NCBI RefSeq assembly: GCF_006345805.1
Contig: NC_043012.1
Coordinates: forward strand, 37,696,001 to 37,760,000
Reading direction: 5' to 3'
DNA from: Octopus sinensis
Taxonomy: Eukaryota
DNA length: 64,000 bases
Under the pieces are notes generated by a model. The model did no database searches. It saw only the letters and a list, made by a program, of their open reading frames with translations, and was not told where the DNA came from. Positions 51,565 to 63,888 of this stretch are shown in pieces (the first letter of the stretch is position 1; each line of letters opens with the position of its first letter). A program made the position numbers and the translations under genes.

Positions 51565-52005
51565 ACATCTTTTGTGTCCTGTTTTTCATTTTATTTCATT
51601 TGATACATATATATATATATACATCAGTTGAATAAAGTTACCAACTAATATATTATTCTATACACATTTACACAAATTCAGTAAATAAATAAATAAATAT
51701 ATATATATATTCTTTGTTTATTTCCTCATGTTCCTTTCTGTTGAAGAGCGTAGGCTCAAAACATAAAAGATTTTCTCGCTTTCCCAATATCAAACTAATA
51801 CACCTGCTTGTTGTTTATACACCTGTCTTTGTCTTTGGTTTTTCTGTAAATTTCAACTCTATATATACATATGCAAAATCCCAAAATCCCCCCGCAAAAA
51901 AAAGAACAACAAACACAAAAGAAAACTACAATGCAAGGACGTGGTACATGGAAAGTATTAGCAGATGCTCAGGGAAGGAAAGAAAGATGGTTTAACATTT
52001 CAAGC

Positions 52006-52046
<41 letters not shown>

Positions 52047-52079
52047 CATACATACATATATATATATATTTGTTTGTTT

Positions 52080-52430
52080 GTTATCTTTTACTTGTTTCAG
52101 TCATTGAACTGCAGCCATACTTTGAAAGGTTTAGTCAACCACAACACTAATTCACTCTTTTTTAAAGTTTAGTACTTATTCTACAAGTGTCTTTTCTGCC
52201 TAGCTGCTAAGTTATGGGGATATAAATTACCCAACACCAGTCCTCAAGTAGTGGTAGAGGACAAAACACACACACACCCAACAGTTTCCATTGACCAACT
52301 TCACTCGAAAGACATCAGTCAGTTCAGGGGCAAATAACAATAGAAGACGCTCGCTCAATGTGTGGCATTGTGGAACTGAACCCGAAACCTCATGGTTGCA
52401 AAGCAAACTTCTTAACCACACAGCCATACC
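52080..52430 (-). mobile_element. Family B SINE (decayed)
   Basis: Tail TTTTACTTGTTTCAGTCATTGAACTG; head CTTCTTAACCACACAGCC. Confidence 0.8.
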
Positions 52431-52939
52431 TGCTGCACCTGTGAAACACTTTCGATGAAAGACCTGCTTGATTACAGGCTAAACAAACAACACACTAACA
52501 ACAACAAAGCAAAAGGCCTCTTCAAAAAGTCTTGTTCAGTGCACAGGATATTATATTTCATGAATGCCACATGGCAGCCACTCATCATAAAACAGCCATA
52601 ACTATTAGATTATTGAATGCCGTGGTAGTACAGTGTCGATAGCATGCGAGAGTGTGTGTGACGTATTCCCACGTGTGTGCGTTAGGTGTTTCTCTTCCTA
52701 TGCCACAGGTTGACTCAAGCAGAACACACTGAACCTACTCAACTATAATAATTCCCCACTTCCCAGTTTTTACTCCTTCCACAGCAACAAACAAATAGGA
52801 TTTTTATATTATCATGATAAATAAATAACAATGACATCAGGTCATTTCAGCTTTGGTTACCATAACAATGAAGGCATGACAGCATTGTGCTTTGTATGTC
52901 TCTGCCTTACATACAGCACACGCATGTGTACACACACAA

Positions 52940-52989
<50 letters not shown>

Positions 52990-53148
52990 TATATATATAT
53001 ATATGATTACAAACAACTCTTTAAAAGAGGTGTGGTACATGTAGAGAAAATGAAAAAAAAACGTGTATAAAAGTATAATTACGTAATGTATGATACACAT
53101 ATGAGTGTGTGTATAAACACACACACATACAAATATATATACACATAC

Positions 53149-53228
<80 letters not shown>

Positions 53229-53649
53229 TATATATATATATACACACACACACATATACATACATATATATGCAAAACATGTATATACAGATATGTACAC
53301 ATACAAATTATATATACATATATACACACATATATACACCCACGCACGCACACACACACAAAATACATCATGGTGGAAATTATCCAGCAAACTAGAAATA
53401 CAACAAAATCTCAAACAAACCCCAACAAATGCATATTCCTGCCTCCTTACTTCATGAGTCTGTAGCTGTCAGATATGACCAAAGCCCCTGGAGGTGGATG
53501 GACTTGATAGGCTGACTACTGGCCCCTTCTTACCCTAAGAGAAGATGGCATCATCAAATAGTAAAGTATTACTGGACAGTTGCAGAAGTACACACACCAC
53601 CATAAATATATACACATCTTATACACTAACACACACACAGATACACACA

Positions 53650-53965
53650 TCATCATCATCATCATTTAATGTCCACTTTCCATGCTAGCATAGGTTGGAC
53701 GATTTGACTGAGGACTGGCGAACCAGATGGCTGCACCAGGCTCCAATCTGATCTGGGTGAGTTTCTACAGCTGGATGCCTTTCCTAATGCCAACCACTCC
53801 GAGAGTGTAATTGGTGCTTTTACGTACCACCGGCACTAGGGCCAGTCAAGTAGTACTGGCAACGGCCATGCTCAAATGATGTTTTTTACATGCCACCTGC
53901 ACAGGAGCCAGTCCAGCGGCACTGGCAACAACCTCGCTCAAATGTTTTTTCACATGCCACTGGCA
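53650..53965 (-). mobile_element. Family C SINE with two full and one partial internal unit
   Basis: Same layout as 4000-8353 but unexpanded. Confidence 0.9.
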
Positions 53966-54905
53966 TATATATATATACATACACATACATGCGCCACTCT
54001 CTCTCTCTCTGTCTCTCTTTCTCTAAGTGGCAGGGCCTTTTCTACCCTGTGAGTTACAAGACAACCTTACTATGTTGGTGGCATGGAAACACATCCAGTC
54101 CACTTTACAAAGTATTAATTGCTGGCAGGGACACTGTATTTCGTTTTAAAGCCATAATAAACTACCAAGTATATTAAAAGCTTCGCAGTGACTGAATTGC
54201 ACTGCTAACACAGGTAGGACACAGCATTGATTTATAAGACTTTAATATGCCTGGCATTATGTTAAGGGTGCGCATGCCTGTGGAATGCTCCTCCACTTGC
54301 ACAGTCATTTCACAAACAGGCTGTTCCCCTGACGGGATGAACTGGAGCCCTCAACTGCTGTAGCTAACAGTGCTGAGTGTGGCAGTATACCATACTTACA
54401 TGCTGACTCCGACTCCAACCATGGAAAACTATCCAGCCCGTGTCAGCATAGAAAGCAAAATAGAAATGATGTGATACACACACACACGTCAATAAATACC
54501 CATCATGCATGTTGCACTCAAAAGACTAAAAGCATCATCTGATCACAAAGAGTAGGATATGAAAAAAAGAAAACTGAAGAGACTTGGCTACAATATTTGC
54601 CGACTGCAAGAAAATGCCTTTGTGATAGCAGCAGCCTCTCATGAGATATGATGGAGTAGCCAGAGCATATATATATATGTATGTATGTATGTATGTATAT
54701 AACCAATAATGATGGCAACATTGAGACTCTTGAAGACGATTGGTGCAATGTAAAAAAGGGAAAAAAAAGAAAGAGCACGAAAATTCAAAGTCCAACTGAT
54801 CTGATACAATGTAAGTGCTACCATGCACCCTTAGTCAATATTAGTGACATCTGAAATTTTCCTTTTTTGTTAGGTATGTAGATTATATATATATATGTAT
54901 ATATA

Positions 54906-54952
<47 letters not shown>

Positions 54953-54955
<3 letters not shown>

Positions 54956-56207
54956 AAGGTGTGTCAGAAGAAAGTAATTCAACAACATGGGTTGATAAAC
55001 CATAAGACGTGTGGCCAGAACCCTCTGGAAAATAACCATAGCGAGATTCATTCCACAGTTGAATTGGAACAGTCAAAAAGACTGATAGGCGTGTAGATGC
55101 GGAGAGAAAGCGACAGTTAGACATGGTCTGTCAAATTGCAGACTAGCACTTGAAAGATATACATGGCAGCATAATCAAGTCCTCGGTGTCATAAGCACAG
55201 CACTCAAGGAGAAGATCGAGAGGTACAATAGGGGAGAGTACCCAAAAGTAGAAAAGCGCAGGAAAGTATACTTCCACAAGGAGGTAAAAGGATATAAAAC
55301 CAGGCCTACAAGTAAAGTATACGAGATAGATGAAAGATGGAAGGGATACTGGGAGGTGGCCATGGACTTGGAAAGACAATTAGTATTTCCACTAATAAAA
55401 ACAACAAAAAGACCGAATTTAGTCCTATGGAACAGAGACCAGAGAATAGGAATTTTACTAGAACTGACAGTACCTTGGGAAGAGAACATCGGCAATGCAG
55501 AGGAACAGAAAGAGAAGAGGTACGAAAAGCTAATCGAAGAATGCAGAGAACAGGGATGGAATGTCGAATATTATCACCTGGCAATGGGAGCTAGAGGCTT
55601 CATTGAAAGGAAAATGACAACACTTTTCAAAAGAAGATTTGTTTTTTCTAGCTCGGAGCTGTGAAAACTAATAAGGAGAGTACAGGAGGCGGTCGAAAAA
55701 GCCAGCTTCTATATATGGCTGAAGCGGGAAGACCGAAAATGGCTTGAAAGTCATAACATGCCGGTGGGAAATAACATTATTAGGTGAGACAAGCTGACAC
55801 TGAATCAGCTTCGCTGACTGACAGGTGATGGTCATTTAGAAAATGTGCGGGCTAAAACTACGCACCTTCACTAGTCAGTTAAGGTGAGACAGTGTCATGT
55901 GACAACTTGCTGGGGCTGCTGGCTGGAGCCTAGCTGCAGGTATTTAAAGGGAAAAATTTGACAAGTCAGTCAGTCACCGGCTGACACTCGCTGACGATAC
56001 ATCGAAGAGGCCACTTAACAGAAGAAAGAAGACATGCACCCAACACCAGAGCTGAAGACACCTCCGAAAGGGGGGGGCCCGCCACGTCAAAATGGTAGAG
56101 GAGTAAGTGCCGAAACTGGACGTGGTTCCTCCTGATGATATCTTGAGCTAACTGGATCCTGTAAAGGAGCTGTTGTGGTAGCAGACCATAAAACACAGTT
56201 GTAATTC
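54953..56207 (+). mobile_element. 5'-truncated restriction-like-endonuclease non-LTR retrotransposon (Hero-like, R2 group)
   Basis: Frame 55089-55664 reads CRCGEKATVRHGLSNC (CCHC-like), RYTWQHNQVL, KRPNLVLW, LLELTVPWEEN and KRYEKL; after one stop it continues AVEKASFYIWLKR. (TA)n lies on both flanks. Confidence 0.85.
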
Positions 56208-56318
56208 ATATATATATACATATATAAGAGAACCATCCAAACGTGGCTGTTGCCAGCGCCCCCCGGACTGGCCTCCGTGCCAGTGGCATGTAAAAAGCAC
56301 CATCCAATCGTGGCCGTT

Positions 56319-56395
<77 letters not shown>

Positions 56396-56819
56396 GTCAA
56401 CTTAGACAATGTACATAACACTGCATAAATAAAGATCACGGTTTCATAAGAGATAACATTCACACACACTGCTTTGACATAGGCATGCTATACTCATTTA
56501 TTCATTGCAGACAATAACAACACAACCAGACACAACAGACATGGACACACACACAAACACACACAAAATGATGATGCAACCCTGAACACAAATACTAATC
56601 AGACTATAGAGACACAAACACAGACACATGCAATAACACAACCCCATGCACACACAATGACACTAAGACATCCGCACACAATGACACAAACAATAGAGAG
56701 CCATCACGCACATACACACACACACACACACACACAACACACACACACAGTGACAAAACCATAAGGAGAAAGAGAGAGAGACACACACATACAGAGTGAC
56801 ATAACCAGAGACATGGGTA

Positions 56820-57375
56820 GAGGAGTGGCTGTGTGGTAAGAATTACACTTCACAACCTCATGGTTTTCTGGGTTCAGTCCCACTGCATGGCACCTTGGGC
56901 AAGTATGCTTTCTGCTATAGCCTTGAGCCAACCAAGGCCTTGTGAGTGGATTCGGTAGATGGAAACTAAAAGAAGCTTGTCATGTGTGTCTATGTGTGTG
57001 TGTGTATATATAAGTGTGTGTGTGTGTGGCTGTGTGGTAAGTAGCTTGCTTATCAACCACATGGTACCTTGGGCAAGTGTCTTTTACTATAGACTCGGGC
57101 CTCCCAAATCCCTGTGAGTGGATTTGGCAGACGGAAACTGAAAGAAGCCTGTCGTATATATGTATATGTTTGTGTGTCTGTGTTTGTCCCCCCCAACATC
57201 CCTTGACAACCGATGCTGGTGTGTTTATGTCCTCTGTAACTTAGTGGTTCACCAAAATAGACCGATAGAATAAGTACTATGCTTACAAAAAATAAATCCT
57301 GGGGTTGATTTGTTTGACTACATGCAGTGCTCCAGTATGGCTGCAGTCAAATGATTGAAACAAATAAAAGAAAGA
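56820..57375 (+). mobile_element. Two tandem family B SINE copies
   Basis: Heads GGAGTGGCTGTGTGGTAAG (56820) and GTGGCTGTGTGGTAAG (~57025); tail at ~57330-57370. Confidence 0.85.
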
Positions 57376-58469
57376 AAAGAATGTATATATATCAAAATAA
57401 GCAACAGGATATGCAGAGGTGATGCAGTACGACCGTTTCAAGCGGCTACATTTAATTGAACAATGCAATCATTACATCAATTTAAGTGCAGGGCTATCCT
57501 CAGCTGCATAAATAAATAAATAGAATTTTTTTTAATCAGTTGGACACATTTGTATAATTTTACCTAAATTCTCTAAGAGGGTAAGAAGGCAAAGTCCATG
57601 CTGTTGTCACTTCAGCTTAGAAGTTTCTAAGACATGAGGAAAACATTTGTTTGGGTCATAGCTTGTCCCTGATTTTGGTTCAGTTTTAATTTATTACTCT
57701 TGTTTATCAAATCATTGTATATCAAATCTAAGACTAGAGAATAGTGTCTGTTAGGAAAGGGCAAGAGGGAGTTGACAGAATCATAATGGGTATAGCGATA
57801 AAACTTGTCAAGATTATTTTGAAGTAGTATAAAGATACCAGTATAATATATAAAGATACCAGTAATTATTAAAATATAACATACAGGAATATAAATTGGG
57901 ATATATATATGTGTGTGTATATATGCATGTATGAATGTCCCCCAACATCATTTAACAACCTATGCTGGTGTGTTTACGTCCCCATAACTTAGTGGTTCAG
58001 CAAAAGAGGCCAATAGAATAAGTACTAGGCTTACGAAGAATAAGTCCTGGGATTGATGTGCTCAACTAAAGGTGGTGCTCCAGCATGGGCACAGTCAAAT
58101 GACTGAAGCAACTAAAAGAAAAATGCAGTCCTATAATCATGGAAATACAGACGAGACTGTCATGGCTTGAACACCTACGATTGTAGGTCAGAATGATGAG
58201 AGAGCTGACCTGTGGCTAAACACCATAAACCAACCAAAAGAGAGACATCTGCTATTAACAGATAACTCATAAACCAAATACAGACCTATGGCTTGGAAAT
58301 GATTGATTGCTATTTGGATGAAACAGGTGTTGCTTTAATGATGGCCAGTTTAGAATTGTGGTTCAAACACGCACACTTGTGTGTGGGTGGTGAGGATATG
58401 CACAGAGCTACACAGAGCTATTTGGAATGACATTATAACACACACACAAAATAAATAAATAAAACCATC

Positions 58470-58650
58470 ATTATCATCATACGTCTGTTTCCTATGCGGA
58501 CAAGGGTTGGATGGTTTGACAGCATCTGGCAAACTGCAGGACTGTGCCAAGCTCCAGTGTCAGCTTTGGCATGTTTTCTACGGCTGGATGCCCTTCCTCA
58601 TGTCAACCACCTTGTGCTGGGTGGTTTTACATGCCACCAGCAATGGTGAG
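58470..58650 (-). mobile_element. Family C SINE
   Basis: GGCTGGATGCCCTTCCT core and (CAT)n tail. Confidence 0.75.
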
Positions 58651-59253
58651 GTTACCAAGTACACAGCAGGACAAAAAAAAAAGAACAGAAAAGAGAAAAG
58701 CCCTTACAGCTAAGTGGTGGTGGTGTTAGGGGGAAAGGAAAGTGGCTTTATGCCAAGTGCTAAGAGGCTACAAGTATGATAGACTAACAAGAATAGGTGT
58801 CTTTCTATTGAGGCAAAACATGGCTGTCCCACATTATAAGGGCGAATAGTAGTAACTGAGGAGATGCAAATAAAAAAAAAAAGAATCTGGTTTATGAACC
58901 TTCAGAGTTTTTTTACAATTACAACAACAACAACAACAATTGCTGCTGCTGTTGTTTTTGTTGTTGTTACTGTTGCTGCTGCTACTAATACTACAGAAGA
59001 TGACTTTGGTGAAACACAAGAGAAAACTAATGACCTTCACTTAAACTATACCTGTACAATAAACACAGAGTGATTCATTACAATATTACCTCATAATGTC
59101 TACAGCTAATTGCATAATATGCCTAATAATATCCAATGTTCACAAGATACATTGAAGCAGCAGTAAAAATCTAATTATTATATCATTTGATATTATGTAA
59201 CATAGTAACTTTTGTAACTATAATTGATATGCCTACGATTGTCCCCTCTCTCC

Positions 59254-59286
<33 letters not shown>

Positions 59287-59835
59287 TATGTATTAATCAA
59301 AGTGTACAATATAGTATAAACTTTATAGGTGATCTGACCAACTGCTTTCAAAGTAGGAGTTCAATAGAGAGTTAGGTAACCTTGTGTTCTTCAGAGGTAT
59401 CTGTTATGGAATGAAATATGGCACCTGCCATATGTTCTATGTATATGTAACAGATTTGCAAGATTCATTACATATATATACATATATATATATATATACA
59501 TACATATATATATATACATACATATATATAAATATATACATATATATATATATGCACACACACACACACATAGAAACACATACATACATATATATTGTTT
59601 AAAGCTGTTTGATTCGGTTCCATGCAACAAAGTTTCATAGGTCTCTAATGGAAACCTTACTCAAATGAAGAAATACAAAAAGTCCATGATGGCTATTGGA
59701 AAATTGGTTCTTATTGGTCAAGGTGAGTCACATGGTGTTGTTAGAAGAGTGATGGGCATTTCAGTGACACTAAATATAATACATACATACATACACACAC
59801 ACACATAAATTCACACACCTACAGACATATTCTTT

Positions 59836-60012
59836 TCTACTCTAAGCACAAGGCCCGAAATTTTAGGGGAGGGGGCCAGTTGATTAGATCGACCCCAGTA
59901 CACGACTGATAATTTATTGACTCCAAAAGGATGAAAGGCAAAGTTGACCTCAGCAGAATTTGAACTGAGAACGTAATGGCAGACGAAATACTGGTAAGCA
60001 TTTCTGCCAGCT
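59836..60012 (-). mobile_element. Family A SINE
   Basis: TTCTTTTCTACTCTAAGCACAAGGCCCGAAATTTT ... CATTTCTGCCAGCTC. Confidence 0.85.
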
Positions 60013-60026
60013 CATCACATTTACAG

Positions 60027-60061
<35 letters not shown>

Positions 60062-60646
60062 GAACAGCTACAAGACTTCCTTGTCATCCTACATGACTGA
60101 TTAAACTTGGTCCTCTTCAACAGTTCTCTGTCTACCAAATTCCATTCATAATGTTTGATCAACCCAAAGCTATACAGAAAAGACACCCAGTGTTGTAATG
60201 AAGCCTGAATAACATTCTTTGGGATTACATTATCTCGTGTATGTTCTCCCCGTTTTTAAAATGGTAGATTATGACATGAGGAAGATTAGGCTGCTTTTCT
60301 AACAGGTTAACCCTTTCGCATTGAAACCATATCCAGACGACAGGCTTCTTCCAGTTTCCGTCTACCAAATCCACTCACAAGGCATTGGTCAGCTCAAGGC
60401 TATAGTAGAAGACACTTGCCTAAGATGCCACACAGTTGGACTGAACCTGGGACCATGTGGTTTAGAAGCAAACTTCTTACCACACAGCTATACCTGCAAG
60501 AACCAATTCATTAAAAATACTAAGATACCAAGGGTTACTAGTAAATGGTTGGGGATACTTAAATTTTTCTGTCCACATGGCTGAGATATGCTTTCCTGCC
60601 TCATCAACAGTATTAACAGTTAATATTTTTATTATTATTTTAAGAC

Positions 60647-61040
60647 AGTGAGCTGGCAGAAATGCTAGCATGCCGGGCGAAATACTTAGTAATATTTCAT
60701 CTGTCTTTATGTTCTGAGTTCAAATTCTGCCGAGATTGTCTTTCATCCTTTCAGGGTCAACAAAGTACCAGTTGTGTACTGGGGATCGATCTAATCGACA
60801 GGCAACCCCTCCTCAAAAATTTCGGGCCTTGTGCCTAGAGTAAAAAAGATTATTATATTGTCTCTTAAGTCAACAAGCTGGAGGAGTCGTTACCATACAG
60901 GGCGAAATGCTTAGCGGTACTTCATCTGTTTTTATATTCTGAGTTCAAATTCTGCCAAGGTCAACTTTGCCTTTCATCCTTTTAGGGTCAATAAATTAAG
61001 TACCAATTGCGTACCACCCTTACACCTCGAGTAGAAAAGA
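60647..61040 (+). mobile_element. Two tandem family A SINE copies
   Basis: GAGCTGGCAGAAATGCTAGC (60650) and AAGCTGGAGGAGTCGTTACC (~60875). Confidence 0.8.
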
Positions 61041-61769
61041 ATATTTTTATCATTTTATCTTTTAAGACTGAAGACATTTAACAGCATTTGCAAAAAATGT
61101 CATGTGACTCAGGATCTAGTTCTGGTCGGTTGGTCTTATCTCATCAGGACTCTAAACACTCCCCTTCAATCTCAGCTGAGTTTATCAAAACACTGAGCTT
61201 TGCTCTATCCAGATAATGGCTACTTTGATTTTTAATCAATTGGTGTCTGTCGAACTCGCTCACTCTGTCGCTTTTTCTCTCTCTTTCTCTCCCAAAACTA
61301 ACTGCTGAAATCCAATAAATAAAACCCACCACCTAATGAAGCAACAAGAGAGCAACTATGTAATTTTCATCTGCTTGAAATAGCAGCTATATCTCCCACA
61401 AATTACACACTATTGACTTTAAAGGAGGAAAGCTCACACTTAGAACATACATATATATACTATATATATATAACTAAGCAAATTTTCCTCAAATGAGGCT
61501 TTTACATGCCGAAGACTACTTGGTGTAATTGAAATATTCCAAATTAATTTCACCCTTCATTATTACGGATAACCATATTTTATCTCAGTAGATGACTACA
61601 GCATCTTGTTTGGCTACACGCGGGTGGGAAGGGGCTGTTGACACAATCGTTTCATTCACAAATTTGAATCTGTGATACTAGTTGAGGATTCTAGCTCGCT
61701 CGATACTGAGTTGAGGTGGTACCTCCTAGTATCTCAAAATTCAATATATAATCATTATGATTATAGTAT

Positions 61770-61874
61770 TCCACGCTGAAGAGAAAAGAAGAAGTTTCGG
61801 TAAGATGAATTATTTAATATTTAATATTTTATTCTTATGCTTTCCTAAAATGATTCGAAACGTACGGTCGTGGA
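61770..61874 (+). ncRNA. Hammerhead ribozyme-like motif with long AT-rich stem II insert (non-canonical stem I junction)
   Basis: UCCACG / CUGAAGA (61776-61782) / GAA...UUC / GAAA / CGUACG GUC / GUGGA. Confidence 0.5.
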
Positions 61875-62197
61875 TAACTTTTAAAAATGTTTGATAGTTG
61901 CGGTTAATCATTCTCTATTACCTGTTTGTGTCAGCCTTCCAATTGCTGTTTTACTGAGATCTCCTTTTTAGTAGAAGAAGAATAGTAAACCTTTGACTGC
62001 TATTCTAAATACGGTATGTGGTAAGGCAATTCGTTGATGAACCTATTGCTAGTATATATATATATATAATATATATATATATACATACATACATACATAC
62101 ACATACATATATATATATATATCATTCATATATACACACATACACCATTCGTAAACGGATAACAAGCATGTACATATATGTGTGTGTGTGTGTGTAG

Positions 62198-62236
<39 letters not shown>

Positions 62237-62711
62237 CACAACACACATATGTAGACATTCATATACACATACACTCACGTGTGGTGTGGTACATTGTGGC
62301 AGTTTCTTTGTGTCCAAAGATCATGACAACAAAGAGCATGCCGTCAAAAGATTTGTAAGTCAATCCTTGACACTCCAGTTTTCTTCTTCTTGTCTGCACT
62401 TCGTAGTTTTAAATCGAGGGCACAGTCTATGCAATCTGATCCTGGTCTTTAGACTTGAAGACCTCAAACACAGTGGCTTTATTGGGTCAAGACATCTGTG
62501 ACCAGCAAGTTGTAGGTTTTGCATTGGAGTGGCCTTCTACTAGGTGAATTGCGTAACAAGGTTCTGTTACTGGAAGGCTGTCATAGGGAGCACCAGACGA
62601 CCTGAGGGACTTCATTTCTTGATTTACTGTCGTGGTTAACTCCCCTGACCATTTCCTCTCCCAGAGCACTCAAAAGGCAGTATCACACACACACACACAC
62701 ACATACATATA

Positions 62712-63010
62712 TCATCATCATCGACATCGTTTAACATCTGCTTTCCATGCTGGCATGGGTTGGACGATTTGACTGAGGACTGGAGAGCCAGAAGGCTGCA
62801 CCAGGCTCAAGTGTGATCTGGCAAAGTTTCTACAGCTGGATGCCCTTCCTAACACCCACTACACTCTGAGAGTGTAGTGGGTGCTTAGGGCCAGTCAGGT
62901 GGTTCTGACAACGACCACGTTCAAAAGGTGTTTTTTACAGGCTACCTGCACAAGAGCCAGTCCAGCGGCACTGGCAACGACCATGCTCAAATGTTGTTTT
63001 TCACATGCCA
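62712..63010 (-). mobile_element. Family C SINE with two internal units
   Basis: (CAT)n tail, core, and units GGGCCAGTCAGG... and GAGCCAGTCCAGCGGCACTGGCAAC. Confidence 0.88.
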
Positions 63011-63584
63011 GAGGGGACAACTGATGAAGGGAATGTTCTTTATATTGCCTGTCTCGTTTCTCTGTTTCTTTCTTTCTTTCTTTCGTTGTTCGGAAAATGT
63101 TCGTTTTCTATGTTTTTCTTTTTTTATGTTCTCATTTCTCATTTTGTCCACATTTTTTTAATGTCCTGTACCCATATATGTATGTATATATGCATATATT
63201 TATTATTTATATGCATATTATTATACATGTACATACATACATACATACACATAACTAGACATGCACTTGCTTAAAAGCCACCTGATAGGGCAGCTTTTAA
63301 GCTAACTCCAGTTTACATATGTGTATGTGTATATGTACACATACATTTGTGTATGTGTATTTACATGAGTGTATGTGTATGTACATTCATATATGCGTAT
63401 ACATAAAGTATATATGTCATCATCATCATTCACTGTCTGCTTTCCATGCTGGCATGGGTTAGACCAGTGGTTTCACAACTTTTCAAAAATTTTACATGCC
63501 GGTCCCCTTACAGTTTTTTGATGATTTGCAGCTCCCTATAAAATGTAGCATAATCAACATGGAAAAAAATTACATACTTTCGTA

Positions 63585-63615
63585 TACCGTAATTTTCAGA
63601 CTATTAACTGCACTG
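63585..63615 (+). mobile_element. Possible pogo/Tigger-type terminal inverted repeat remnant
   Basis: TA-CCGTAATTTTCAGACTATTAACTGCAC resembles TcMar-pogo ends from memory; no partner end was found. Confidence 0.35.
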
Positions 63616-63888
63616 CCCATAGAACCGCAACCCCAAAAAGCCACAACTTAATCCAGGAAATGTCCCATTGGAACACAATAAATGCACATGAAAATATGGT
63701 GAAATCAGTTGATCAATTGGTTACAAAATAAATGAGAAACAAAAATGCACAATCAACTGTTATAACCACATATTTTCTACAAGTGTGATTAACAAAGGAG
63801 TGTGTAGGAGTTGCATGGGAAAAATTGGAAGAGTTGAAATTTTAAAACTTAACTGTCTCAGTTCTATATTTAAGAGATGAGGAATTAT

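Noticed and set aside
56052-56138. Hammerhead in the Hero-like 3' UTR
   Set aside because: The stem II closing pair and position 17 do not fit in either a type I or a type II register.
63011-63060. GAGGGGACAA-CTGATGA-AGGG as a hammerhead
   Set aside because: No downstream CCC-GAAA or stem I partner is found before the sequence turns into T-rich and microsatellite DNA. At best it is a truncated half.
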